The translations under genes and the position numbers were made by a program. Positions 1 through 7,950 of a stretch of 16,960 nt of DNA are shown in pieces. Origin of the DNA: Pedosphaera sp. (GTDB lineage Bacteria > Verrucomicrobiota > Verrucomicrobiia > Limisphaerales > SIBH01); NCBI GenBank assembly GCA_031414955.1, contig JANOQV010000209.1, forward strand, positions 1 through 16,960, in the 5' to 3' direction. Each line of letters opens with the position of its first letter. Position 1 is the first letter of the stretch. The notes beneath the pieces are model-generated. The model saw only the letters and a list, made by a program, of their open reading frames with translations. It was not told the DNA's origin and ran no database searches.

Positions 1-1019
1 AGCGTGACCGAACTGCCGCTCGCGATGTAGCGGTAGGTGAAACGGATGCCGTTGTTGTCCCCGAAATGATCCTGGTTCACCGTCAGCCGGTCGCTGCCCA
101 CGCTGAAGGTCGCCGCGCGCGTGCCGTTCTCCCAGCCCACCGAGTAAATGTTGGCCACGTATTCCGCGCCGGTGATCAGGCCGTTGATCGTGATGGTCGC
201 GGGAAATCCATTATAGACGAAATTGTTGGCCAGTTGGCGGCTGCCGGTCTCGTTCAGGTTGTTGGCATCGTTGTTGAACTGGGCGCCGAGTCCGGTGGTC
301 GAGAAGGTCGGCCCCGAGGGATTGGCTCCGTTGACTCCGGCGAACACCACGCCGTTGATCGTCGCGCTGACCGCCGTGCCGAAGTTGATGGCGTGGGTGT
401 AGATTTTCGTGTTGTCCACGCCCGCGCTGGCATTGTCCGTCCACGCGGCGTAGGACCAGCCGCTGTTGCGCACCGCGATGCTGAAGTCATCGATCAGCAC
501 CGTGTTGTCGCCGCCCGCATCGTTGCGCAGCGCCATCAGATGATCGGTGGCCGTGGCCGTGAAATCGAACGCGAAGTATTTGTAGGCATTGCCCCCGCCC
601 ACGGACGTGACGGCGGTGTTGATGCGGTTGAAGCCGTCGATATCGACATCGAGCCTGGGCGTATTGCCGTTGCGCGCGTTGACGCGGAAATTCACCTTGT
701 AGGTTTCGCCGATGGTCAGGCCGGTGATGAGAGTTCTCAACGACGAGTCCGGTCCGTTCTGGAGGAACGCCACGTTGGCCCCGGCAGGAATGACGCCGTT
801 GTCCGCGAAGGGACTGCCGCCAGCGGGATTGAGACCGGCGCGGCTGCTGTTCACCGCCGACCAGCCGGTGATCGTGCTGTTCCCGCTGATGTAGCCGGGG
901 AAGTTGCCGAAGGACTCGGCTTCAAAACTGGGGTTGATGATGGTCTGGGCCGTGGAGGAACTGAGCCAGGCACTGAGAGCCAGACCGACGACAACGATTC
1001 GAGAGACGCACTTTCTCAT
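1..1019 (-). CDS. Secreted beta-rich protein, N-terminal part, runs off the window edge; N-terminal DUF642/carbohydrate-binding-like jelly-roll domain
   Basis: Absent from the ORF track. Manual translation from ATG 1019 is open to the edge (339 codons): MRKCVSRIVVVGLALSAWLSSSTA|QTIINPSFEAESFGNFPGYISGNSTITGW...GLTIGETYKVNF...VLIDDFSI. It has a signal peptide, and the 'NPSFE...GW...GxTYxVxF...IDDxSI' pattern is typical of CBM-like domains. It is N/G/T-rich. Confidence 0.85.
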   Translation of the reverse strand, partial: MRKCVSRIVVVGLALSAWLSSSTAQTIINPSFEAESFGNFPGYISGNSTITGWSAVNSSRAGLNPAGGSPFADNGVIPAGANVAFLQNGPDSSLRTLITGLTIGETYKVNFRVNARNGNTPRLDVDIDGFNRINTAVTSVGGGNAYKYFAFDFTATATDHLMALRNDAGGDNTVLIDDFSIAVRNSGWSYAAWTDNASAGVDNTKIYTHAINFGTAVSATINGVVFAGVNGANPSGPTFSTTGLGAQFNNDANNLNETGSRQLANNFVYNGFPATITINGLITGAEYVANIYSVGWENGTRAATFSVGSDRLTVNQDHFGDNNGIRFTYRYIASGSSVT

Positions 1020-1267
1020 AAGTTTTGCAGCAAGAGTTTTGAAGTGTGGGCAAATCCCAATCGCGCTGTCCGTCACGCGGCCGGAGAATCTGACGCACTT
1101 CAGTTTTGTTTGGGTGTGGCGAGAGTTTCAAAAGCTCCGCCGAATCGCAAGGCGAAACTCCGTTTTGCGAGGGTCGTGGACACATTTCGGCCACGCCACC
1201 AAACTTCGCGCGGGTGGATGGACGTGAGAAAAGGGGCGCTTGAGCAACCGCTTTCAGCCGCGCGTCT

Positions 1268-4200
1268 TCACCTTCCCGTCGCGAACGCGATCAAGTCAGC
1301 CAGTTGCTGCGGGGTGAAGGCGGCTTCCAATCCCTCGGGCATGAGCGAGAGGCCGCTCGTGGAAAGTTCCTTCAAATCGCCACGCAAAATTGTTTCGTCG
1401 GCGCGATTCGGGGCGCGAAGCGTGAGCGTAGTGGGAGTCTCTGAGAGGATGATGCCGCTGGTCTCGTGCCCGTCTTTCAGCGTGGCGGAGAAACTTTGGA
1501 AGCGCGCCTCGATGGCCGCGTTCGGATTGAGAATCGCCTCCACGAGTTGCTCGACGGGCTTGCCGGACATCATGCCGAGGTCTGGGCCGACTTCCGTGCC
1601 TTCGCCTTTGAGCCGGTGGCATTGGGCGCAGTTGGCTTTGAACAAGGTCGCGCCGTTCTTGGAATCACCGCGCAACTTCGGCAGGTCGGCGTAGGGGGCC
1701 AGAATCCTTGTGCGTTCCGCGCGCTGCTCGGGTGTGAGCGTGACGGTGCGGTCGATGAACTTCGTGGGCGTGGCGAGCGCCGGCGGATTGGCGACGAGCT
1801 TTTGCAGCATCGGCAAGTGACTGCGCACCTTGTCCTCCGCCGGAAGTTTCTCGATGAGCGCGACCAGCGACCTGGCGTGACGCGGCGCGGAACTGAGCGC
1901 GGCGTTGCGGATGTTCTCATCGGAATCGCGCAGGAGTTTCAGCAACGCTTCCGTCGCACGCGGGTCGTTCCACTCGCCGAGCGTGAAGGCGAGTTGGTAG
2001 CGGAGGCGCGGTGATGTGGACGGGGCGAGCGGCAACAAGTTGTCGGCCAGCACAAGGTAGGGCGTGCTGTCCTCAGCGCGCCGGGGTGAGTCGTTCTCAG
2101 TTCCAGACCGCCCTTCCGATTCAAGGCGCGGCGCGGTGAGGACACCGCGCCCTACCTCGCGCAAGGTTCTCTCGCTCAATTTCACGGCCTGTTCCTTCAC
2201 CGCATCGCTGCCATCCTTCAAGCCCGCGAGCAGCGTCTCCGGCGTCAGTGCATTCAACCCGCCCAACGTCCACAGCGCCTGAATCCGCACCTTCGCGTCC
2301 TTCGCGTCCTTGGCGTGCTGCTCCAAAGCCACCGTTACCGATTTGTCGCCGCGTTCCAGCAACAGCCGCTGCGCCGTGTCGCGCTGCCAGCCGTTCGGCG
2401 AGTCGAGCGAGGCGGCGAGTTCGGCGCCCGTCATCTTCGCGAGGTTGGGAATTCTTTTTGGCGTCGCGCCTTCCGGCAGCACGCGGTAGATGCGGCCCTT
2501 GTCCGAACCCGCGCGCAGGTCGAGACGCTTCTGCATTTCCTTGGGAATCCATTCAGGATGCTCGATGACGAGGCGGTACATGTCCGCGACGTAGAGCGCG
2601 CCGTCGGGGCCGGTCCTGAGCATCGCGGGGCGGAACCAGTTGTCGCTCGAGGCGAGGAACTCGCTCTTTGCTTCGTCGGTCGCCCGGCGTGACTTGAAGC
2701 TCACGCCGTCCGGCTCCAGCACTTCTCGGTGAACGAGATTGTGCACCGGCTCGCTGATGAAGATGCTGGTGGCGAAATCCTTCCCGAACAGCTCATCGCG
2801 ATAAGGCACGGGCGAGTTGCCGCTGGTGACGTGGTTGAATGTGTGAGGATCATTGAAGCGAGAGAGCGTCCTGCTGATGGGGAAGCAGCGCGTGGACTCG
2901 GGGTAATTCGCCAGCGTGCGCTTGGTGGTCTTGAGCGGGAGCAGCGGATTGCGCGAGAGATACGGCACGGGGAAGAAATGGTGCCAGAGCCAGACCGAGT
3001 TGTTGTTGCCGAACCAGTTGCCGAAGTCGTCGCGGTAGAGTCCGAACTGGCTGCGGCCACCGATGGCTTCGAAGTGACGGTGATCTGGATCGAAGCGGAA
3101 GTCCTGGCCGCGGATGTTGATGGCTGCGCTGGAGCGCCGAGCATCGCTCGGCACGAGTGACGAATCGGCGGCGCCAGGCCGAGCAATGCTCGGCGCTCCA
3201 ACCGCCCGCACCATCCCATCACTCTCCCCGTTCGCACCGTAGAGCCAGCCGTCGAGGCCGTAGGTGAAGCCGTTGGCGCGATGCTGCTGGTTGCCTTCGG
3301 AGAATCCGGTGAAAAGAACCTCGCGCACATCCGCCGCGCCGTCGCCGTTCGTGTCTTCGGCGTAGAACAAATCCTTGCCCGCGATGACCACCGCGCCGTT
3401 GCGCCAGACGTGCATGCCCTCCGGGCAACTGAGCTTGTCAAGGAACGTAACGGCCTCGTCGTAGCGACCGTCGCCGTTGATGTCGGTGAGCACGCGCAGG
3501 TGGCCGCCGGGTGAACCTTTGCCATCCACGCCGAGCGGATAATCGCCCATCTCCAGAACCCAAAGCCGGCCATCCGCGCTCCAGTCGAAGGCAATCGGGT
3601 CCGCAATGAGCGGCTCGCTCGCGACGAGTTCGACCTTGAAGCCGGGACGCGCGCGCATGGTCTTGAGCGACGCCTCCGGCGAGAGCGGCGGCGGGTTTCC
3701 CAGTTCGAGCAATTGTTTGAACGTGCGGCGATCCACCTTGTCCGGCAGATGCGCGGTGTCCTCGTTCTGAATCCACATCGTGCTGCGCGCGAACCAGACG
3801 CCGTTGTTGCGGTTCGTGCCGTCGCGCACGATCGGCGGAATCGGATCAAGGTGGGAAGCCTCGCGCTGCGAGGCGTTAGTTTCAGAACCCTGCGAATTAG
3901 GAACTCCGCTCGCAGCGCGAGCGGAGCCACCACGCACGCCGGAAATGATCTCATCGCTCCAGCCGGGCTTGAGGCGCAGGTTGCGCGAGTCCTTGCGGAA
4001 GAGGTGCAGCGAATAGCGTTCGTGATTCGAGAAGAGCACGTCGTCGTAGCCGTCACCATCGACATCGACGAAGCGCAGGCCGGCGTCGCGACCTTGGACA
4101 TCCACGATGGCTGTTTCCGCTGGAAGCGCGAAGGGCAACAGATTCCACTTGGTCGCCGAATCCCACTTGTAGGCAAGATTCACTGTAGAATTTGGCAGCA

Positions 4201-5665
4201 CCCCAAAGTGCGAGATGAGCATTTCGCACGAACCGTCGCCATCAATGTCGCGAAGCCGCAGGCCGAAGTCCGCGCCGTTCGCACTCATCGCAAAGAGTTT
4301 CCAATCAACACCCTTCAGCATCGCTTTGTCCTCCAGCCAGCTTGTGTTTGTGAACCTCCAAAGGCGTGTGCCGTCGGTCGCGATGGTTGCGTTGCCGACG
4401 ACTCCAAAATGAATGTTTCCGCCCGGCCCGGGGAGGAAGGGCAAATTGCTTTCCGCCCAACGGCGCTCATCAGGTTGCCAGATCCGCATCTTCAAATCGC
4501 GCGGAGTCCATATGCCATGCTGCAACACATCCAGAAATCCATCGTTGTTCACGTCCAGCACCCGCAGACCATGGACGCCAACGGCGTATGAACCCGCGAT
4601 GGCGGGGAGGGCTTCGCGCATCGTGAGTTTTGATTTGTTCAACCGCTCCTGCACCTCCTTGAAATTCAAAAACTTCACGCGCTTCCCGTACTTCGCCACC
4701 GCGTAGTCGATGAACTCCACCATTTGCTCCGGCTTGATCCAGCCGTGCGGGTGGAAGACGACGGTCATCACGCCCTGCTTGAGCACGATGGCGTCGAGCG
4801 CGCGCTGCCAGTCCTCGACGGTCTTGGGGTTATTCGGCGCGTGCAGGTTGTTCGCCTCCCAGTCGCTCGGCACGATGCACGGGAATTCCCAGCACTGCTT
4901 ACCGATGACGTAGGGATACGGGTAGTCCTCAATGGTGGTGGTGAACGAACCCATGCTGACGCGCGTCGTCGCGTTGGTTTGCGTCGGGAGATATTTGCGG
5001 AAGCGCTCGCGGCCATCGGCATCCATCACAAGCTCGCGCGGGAGCGAGGTGTCGTTCGTGGTGAGCACGACCATCACGCTGGAGTCGATGCCGAGGAAAT
5101 TTCCCTGCGGCGAGGTGCGGTTGAAAATCTCGGAGTAAAAGCGCGGCGACGGTGAGTTCATCGAGTCGCAGCAGGGCATGCGGAAGGCGACGGGCTTGTT
5201 GCCTGGAATGGCGTTCAGCAAGTCCACGCTCGCGTGATAGTTCGTGGAGGCGAAGTTGAAATCGCCGCGCTGACAGAGCGGGCACGGATGGCCAATGGTG
5301 TGGCATTCAAGCGACACGCCTTCCTTGAGCCACGACTGCAACTGCGCATTCGTCGGCGAGATGGTGTTGACCATGATGCTGACCGGCGCGCGGCCATCGA
5401 TCTTCTTCAGGCGATTCAAGATGGGCCGGAGCATCGTCTCGTAGCGCGGCGTCTCGCGCATGTCATCAATAGAGAGAATGATCACCGCATCCACACCCTC
5501 CTCGCCAACCCATTGTGGCGTGATGAGCTTCGGGAAATCGCGACCGGGGTAGAACGGATCATCGCTGTCGAGGTAGGCGAGGCGATTGCCATTGGTGGAA
5601 AACGGCGCGGCCTGCGCGATGGAGAGCGCGACGGCGCACGCGGCCAGGATTATCCGCAGCTTCAT
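1268..5665 (-). CDS. Secreted multidomain protein: polysaccharide deacetylase (CE4/NodB-like) + FG-GAP/VCBS repeats + PVC-type membrane-bound dehydrogenase-like beta-propeller + HEAT repeats + C-terminal cytochrome c (CxxCH)
   Basis: Start placed at ATG 5665 (MKLRIILAACAVALSIAQA signal peptide). NodB-like motifs: LSIDD, HTIGHP, FRMP, VFH. DxxxDG repeats: DVNNDGFLD, DIDGDGSCE, DVDGDGYDD. PVC dehydrogenase motifs: PLSPEASLKTM..GFKVELVASEP, DNWFRP..GPDGALYVADMYR..IEHPEW. Then NGWQRDTAQRLL and HEAT repeats, and the heme domain NCAQCH..VGPDL..SLMPEGLE. Confidence 0.9.
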   Translation of the reverse strand: MKLRIILAACAVALSIAQAAPFSTNGNRLAYLDSDDPFYPGRDFPKLITPQWVGEEGVDAVIILSIDDMRETPRYETMLRPILNRLKKIDGRAPVSIMVNTISPTNAQLQSWLKEGVSLECHTIGHPCPLCQRGDFNFASTNYHASVDLLNAIPGNKPVAFRMPCCDSMNSPSPRFYSEIFNRTSPQGNFLGIDSSVMVVLTTNDTSLPRELVMDADGRERFRKYLPTQTNATTRVSMGSFTTTIEDYPYPYVIGKQCWEFPCIVPSDWEANNLHAPNNPKTVEDWQRALDAIVLKQGVMTVVFHPHGWIKPEQMVEFIDYAVAKYGKRVKFLNFKEVQERLNKSKLTMREALPAIAGSYAVGVHGLRVLDVNNDGFLDVLQHGIWTPRDLKMRIWQPDERRWAESNLPFLPGPGGNIHFGVVGNATIATDGTRLWRFTNTSWLEDKAMLKGVDWKLFAMSANGADFGLRLRDIDGDGSCEMLISHFGVLPNSTVNLAYKWDSATKWNLLPFALPAETAIVDVQGRDAGLRFVDVDGDGYDDVLFSNHERYSLHLFRKDSRNLRLKPGWSDEIISGVRGGSARAASGVPNSQGSETNASQREASHLDPIPPIVRDGTNRNNGVWFARSTMWIQNEDTAHLPDKVDRRTFKQLLELGNPPPLSPEASLKTMRARPGFKVELVASEPLIADPIAFDWSADGRLWVLEMGDYPLGVDGKGSPGGHLRVLTDINGDGRYDEAVTFLDKLSCPEGMHVWRNGAVVIAGKDLFYAEDTNGDGAADVREVLFTGFSEGNQQHRANGFTYGLDGWLYGANGESDGMVRAVGAPSIARPGAADSSLVPSDARRSSAAINIRGQDFRFDPDHRHFEAIGGRSQFGLYRDDFGNWFGNNNSVWLWHHFFPVPYLSRNPLLPLKTTKRTLANYPESTRCFPISRTLSRFNDPHTFNHVTSGNSPVPYRDELFGKDFATSIFISEPVHNLVHREVLEPDGVSFKSRRATDEAKSEFLASSDNWFRPAMLRTGPDGALYVADMYRLVIEHPEWIPKEMQKRLDLRAGSDKGRIYRVLPEGATPKRIPNLAKMTGAELAASLDSPNGWQRDTAQRLLLERGDKSVTVALEQHAKDAKDAKVRIQALWTLGGLNALTPETLLAGLKDGSDAVKEQAVKLSERTLREVGRGVLTAPRLESEGRSGTENDSPRRAEDSTPYLVLADNLLPLAPSTSPRLRYQLAFTLGEWNDPRATEALLKLLRDSDENIRNAALSSAPRHARSLVALIEKLPAEDKVRSHLPMLQKLVANPPALATPTKFIDRTVTLTPEQRAERTRILAPYADLPKLRGDSKNGATLFKANCAQCHRLKGEGTEVGPDLGMMSGKPVEQLVEAILNPNAAIEARFQSFSATLKDGHETSGIILSETPTTLTLRAPNRADETILRGDLKELSTSGLSLMPEGLEAAFTPQQLADLIAFATGR
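2055..2157. repeat. GTAG-tagged REP doublet (REPIN-like), in frame inside the CDS
   Basis: Arm 2055-2083 AGGTAGGGCGTGCTGTCCTCAGCGCGCCG and arm 2129-2157 (revcomp AGGTAGGGCGCGGTGTCCTCACCGCGCCG) are 26/29 identical. Each arm is GTAG plus a hairpin with a TCCT loop. Confidence 0.85.
2290..2316. repeat. 9-nt tandem repeat x3 (CCTTCGCGT, CCTTCGCGT, CCTTGGCGT), encoding HAKDAKDAK
   Basis: Directly visible in the sequence. Confidence 0.6.
3130..3200. repeat. GGAG-tagged REP doublet (REPIN-like), in frame inside the CDS
   Basis: Arm 3130-3152 TGGAGCGCCGAGCATCGCTCGGC and arm 3178-3200 (revcomp TGGAGCGCCGAGCATTGCTCGGC) are 22/23 identical. Each holds the hairpin GCCGAGC-NNN-GCTCGGC. Confidence 0.85.
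3850..3931. repeat. GTGG-tagged REP doublet (REPIN-like, diverged arms), in frame inside the CDS
   Basis: Left arm GGTGG-GAAGC-CTCGCGCTGCGAG-GC (3850-3874). Right arm revcomp GGTGG-CTCCG-CTCGCGCTGCGAG-CGGAG (3904-3931). Both are self-palindromic around a GCT loop. Confidence 0.7.
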
Positions 5666-5677
5666 AGGATGGGCTGG

Positions 5678-5706
5678 AGCATAGGTCTCCCAACTGAAGC
5701 CGCGAG
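5678..5706 (-). promoter_or_regulatory. Putative sigma70-type promoter of the large fusion gene
   Basis: Minus strand CTCGCG-N17-TATGCT, with the -10 box 12 nt before ATG 5665. The -35 match is weak. Confidence 0.35.
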
Positions 5707-5832
5707 AAGATTTCCAGCGCCTTGAAGCTTGCGGCGGCGTGACGGTCCTCCAGTTGGAAACTGGCGCGGCGAGGCGGGGACAGCACCGACTCCAAACGGG
5801 CGGTTTATCCAAGCGCCGCCCGAAGTCGTTCG

Positions 5833-7188
5833 TCACTCCCCCGCCAGCGACACACAGATGATCTCGCGGTCGTTGCGGGCATAGACCGACTTGTTCGCGA
5901 AGGCGGGGTGCGACCAGACGACGGGGCGGCCGGGATCGCGGTTGTCGGGTTCGAGCAGGTGCGCGCGGCTGAGTTCCTCATATTTCTCGGGCGTGAGTTT
6001 TGCGATGATGAGGTCGCCCTTCTCGCTGAAGATGAAACTGCGCCCGCCATTTTTCACGATGAAGGCATGGCCCCAGCGCGTGGACTTGCCGCTGGTCGGC
6101 GCGAAGGTTTCCCACAGGCGCTCGCCGGTCTCCAGCTTCAGGCAGCGAAACTGGCCATAGCTGCACGGGCTGTAGATGTGGCCGTTCTCGATGAGCGGCG
6201 TGGCCATGACGCTGTGCAAACCGTCCGTATCCATCTCGCTCACCTTCTTGCTCTGCCAGATGAGCGCGGGCTGACCCGCGCCGACGCGCAGGAGCAACGA
6301 GCCGTTGTAGAAGGACGTGAGGAAGAGCAGGTCACCAACCTGGCGCGGGCTGGGAATGGTCATGCCGGAGCGTACGGACGGCGTGAGCGGATAACTCCAG
6401 ATGACTTTGCCCGTCTCGGGATCGAGCGCGTTCACAGCCTCGGGATGCCAGATGATGAGCTGCCGTTGGCCGGCGAACTCATAAATCATCGGTGGCGCGT
6501 AGCCCGGTTCCTTTGCGCTGAGCGCGCGCCAAAGTTCCTGGCCCGTGTCCTTGTCATACGCCACGGCCACACTTCCTGGCCCGCCCGCGAGACAGATCAG
6601 TTTCTTTCCATCGACGAGCGGATGACCGGCGAAGCCCCAGACCGGCGTCTTGACGCCAAGCTCCTTCTTGAAATCGTGCGACCAGAGGACGGCGCCTTTC
6701 TCCGTGTCGAGGCAGAGAAGATTTCCCTCACTTCCGAGCGTGTAAACTTTGCCGTCCGCCACGGCGGGCGTAACGCGCGGTCCCGACGCGTAGCTCACCG
6801 TGTAAGCGGAATCGTATTCGTGCTGCCAAAGAATTTTACCGTCGGCTTCGTTCAGACAGAGCACGCGTTCGTTGCCGGGAATCTCGCCGCGCGCAAACGC
6901 ATTCGGCGGATTCTTCGCGCCCGTCGCGAGCTGGCGGTCCATGACATACACGCGGCCCTTCGCCACCGCCGGCCCGGAGTAGCCGCCGCCAATCGGAGTG
7001 CGCCAGCGAAATTTGAAACCGTTCGTCGGCAGCGTCTCGACGAGGCCCGTCTCGCGCCACACGCCATCGCGTTGCGGCCCGAGCCACTGCGGCCAGTCGT
7101 CGGCACGCAGTTCCACCGCCGCGAATGTGAGCCAAGAAAAAGCGACCACCGACAGACAGGTCAGCGGTCGCTGGAGGATTGATTGCAT
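5833..7188 (-). CDS. PQQ-binding-like beta-propeller repeat protein (PVC BamB-like family), secreted
   Basis: Signal peptide then ADDWPQWLGPQRDG, WRTPIGGGYSGPAV, repeated LxCLxxxxGxxLW units, and C-terminal VWSHPAFANKSVYARNDREIICVSL. 451 aa. Confidence 0.9.
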   Translation of the reverse strand: MQSILQRPLTCLSVVAFSWLTFAAVELRADDWPQWLGPQRDGVWRETGLVETLPTNGFKFRWRTPIGGGYSGPAVAKGRVYVMDRQLATGAKNPPNAFARGEIPGNERVLCLNEADGKILWQHEYDSAYTVSYASGPRVTPAVADGKVYTLGSEGNLLCLDTEKGAVLWSHDFKKELGVKTPVWGFAGHPLVDGKKLICLAGGPGSVAVAYDKDTGQELWRALSAKEPGYAPPMIYEFAGQRQLIIWHPEAVNALDPETGKVIWSYPLTPSVRSGMTIPSPRQVGDLLFLTSFYNGSLLLRVGAGQPALIWQSKKVSEMDTDGLHSVMATPLIENGHIYSPCSYGQFRCLKLETGERLWETFAPTSGKSTRWGHAFIVKNGGRSFIFSEKGDLIIAKLTPEKYEELSRAHLLEPDNRDPGRPVVWSHPAFANKSVYARNDREIICVSLAGE

Positions 7189-7217
7189 GGCGGTTTCCAG
7201 CGGCGGCGCACTCTCGC

Positions 7218-7943
7218 CTACTGCTTCACCTGCAGCGCGCGAATCTTGATGTTGCGGAATGCGACTTCGCCGTGGTCGCCCTGGAGCGCGAGGAAGCCAT
7301 TCCCGGACTTGGCGAACTTGGGCATCGTGCCGAATTTGCTCTTCTTCACGCGGTTGTTGAAGTCCTCGCTGCCCATCACGTATTCGACGTACTTCGTGCC
7401 GTTCATTTCATGGAGGCTGCCGTCCGGGCTGATGACCACACGCAGGTGATTCCATTCGCCGGCGGGCTTCGTGGTATCGAGCGGCTTGCCGGTCTTCGCA
7501 TCCGTGGGCGGCTGATAAAGCGCGTAGAGCCAGCCGCACTTCTGCGGGTCTTTGGCGTTGGCGTTGTCCTCGAGCTGAATCTCCGGCCCGGTCGCCCAGA
7601 CCGCGCCGCCCTCCTCGGTGACGTGGTATATGATTCCGCTGTTCGCGCCGGTGGCCATCCTGAAATCAATCTGCAACTCGAACGCGCCGAACTTCTCCGC
7701 CGTCACGATGTCGCCCGCGTTGTGCGGGTCCACGCAGACGAGCAGCCCGTCCTTGACCTGCCAGCCCGGCTTGATGGTCGTCTTCTTGAAGTTGCTCCAG
7801 CCGTCCAAGGTTTTTCCGTCGAAGAGCAGTTTCCAACCGGCGGCCTTTTCGGCGGCGGTCAGGGTGTTGTCCGCCGCGCGGGAGGTGAGCAGACCCAGCG
7901 AAAGCGTGGCGACAGCAAGAGCGATCAAAGTATGGCGTTTCAT
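7218..7943 (-). CDS. DUF1080 (3-keto-disaccharide hydrolase-like) secreted protein
   Basis: Start placed at ATG 7943 (MKRHTLIALAVATLSLGLLTSRA). Motifs: LTAAEKAAGWKLLFDGKTLDGW, ANSGIIY, GPEIQLED, GEWNHLRV, NG, GFLALQGDHGEVAFRNIKIR. Confidence 0.92.
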   Translation of the reverse strand: MKRHTLIALAVATLSLGLLTSRAADNTLTAAEKAAGWKLLFDGKTLDGWSNFKKTTIKPGWQVKDGLLVCVDPHNAGDIVTAEKFGAFELQIDFRMATGANSGIIYHVTEEGGAVWATGPEIQLEDNANAKDPQKCGWLYALYQPPTDAKTGKPLDTTKPAGEWNHLRVVISPDGSLHEMNGTKYVEYVMGSEDFNNRVKKSKFGTMPKFAKSGNGFLALQGDHGEVAFRNIKIRALQVKQ

Positions 7944-7950
7944 GGGCGGG

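Noticed and set aside
1145..1170. Hairpin TCGCAAGGCG-N6-CGTTTTGCGA as a terminator or operator
   Set aside because: Imperfect, no U-tract in the transcribed direction, and a single instance.
66..1694. 542-aa plus-strand ORF
   Set aside because: Antisense shadow of two minus-strand genes with recognisable features; no motifs of its own.
2701..4176. 491-aa alternative-frame minus-strand ORF
   Set aside because: R/S/A/T-rich off-frame translation inside the large fusion gene.
5666..5836. 57-aa N-terminal extension, and stem-loops (5687-5699 pairing with 5748-5760) as a possible riboswitch
   Set aside because: The signal peptide begins at 5665. The stems match no riboswitch I recognise, and a candidate promoter overlaps them, which would exclude them from the transcript.
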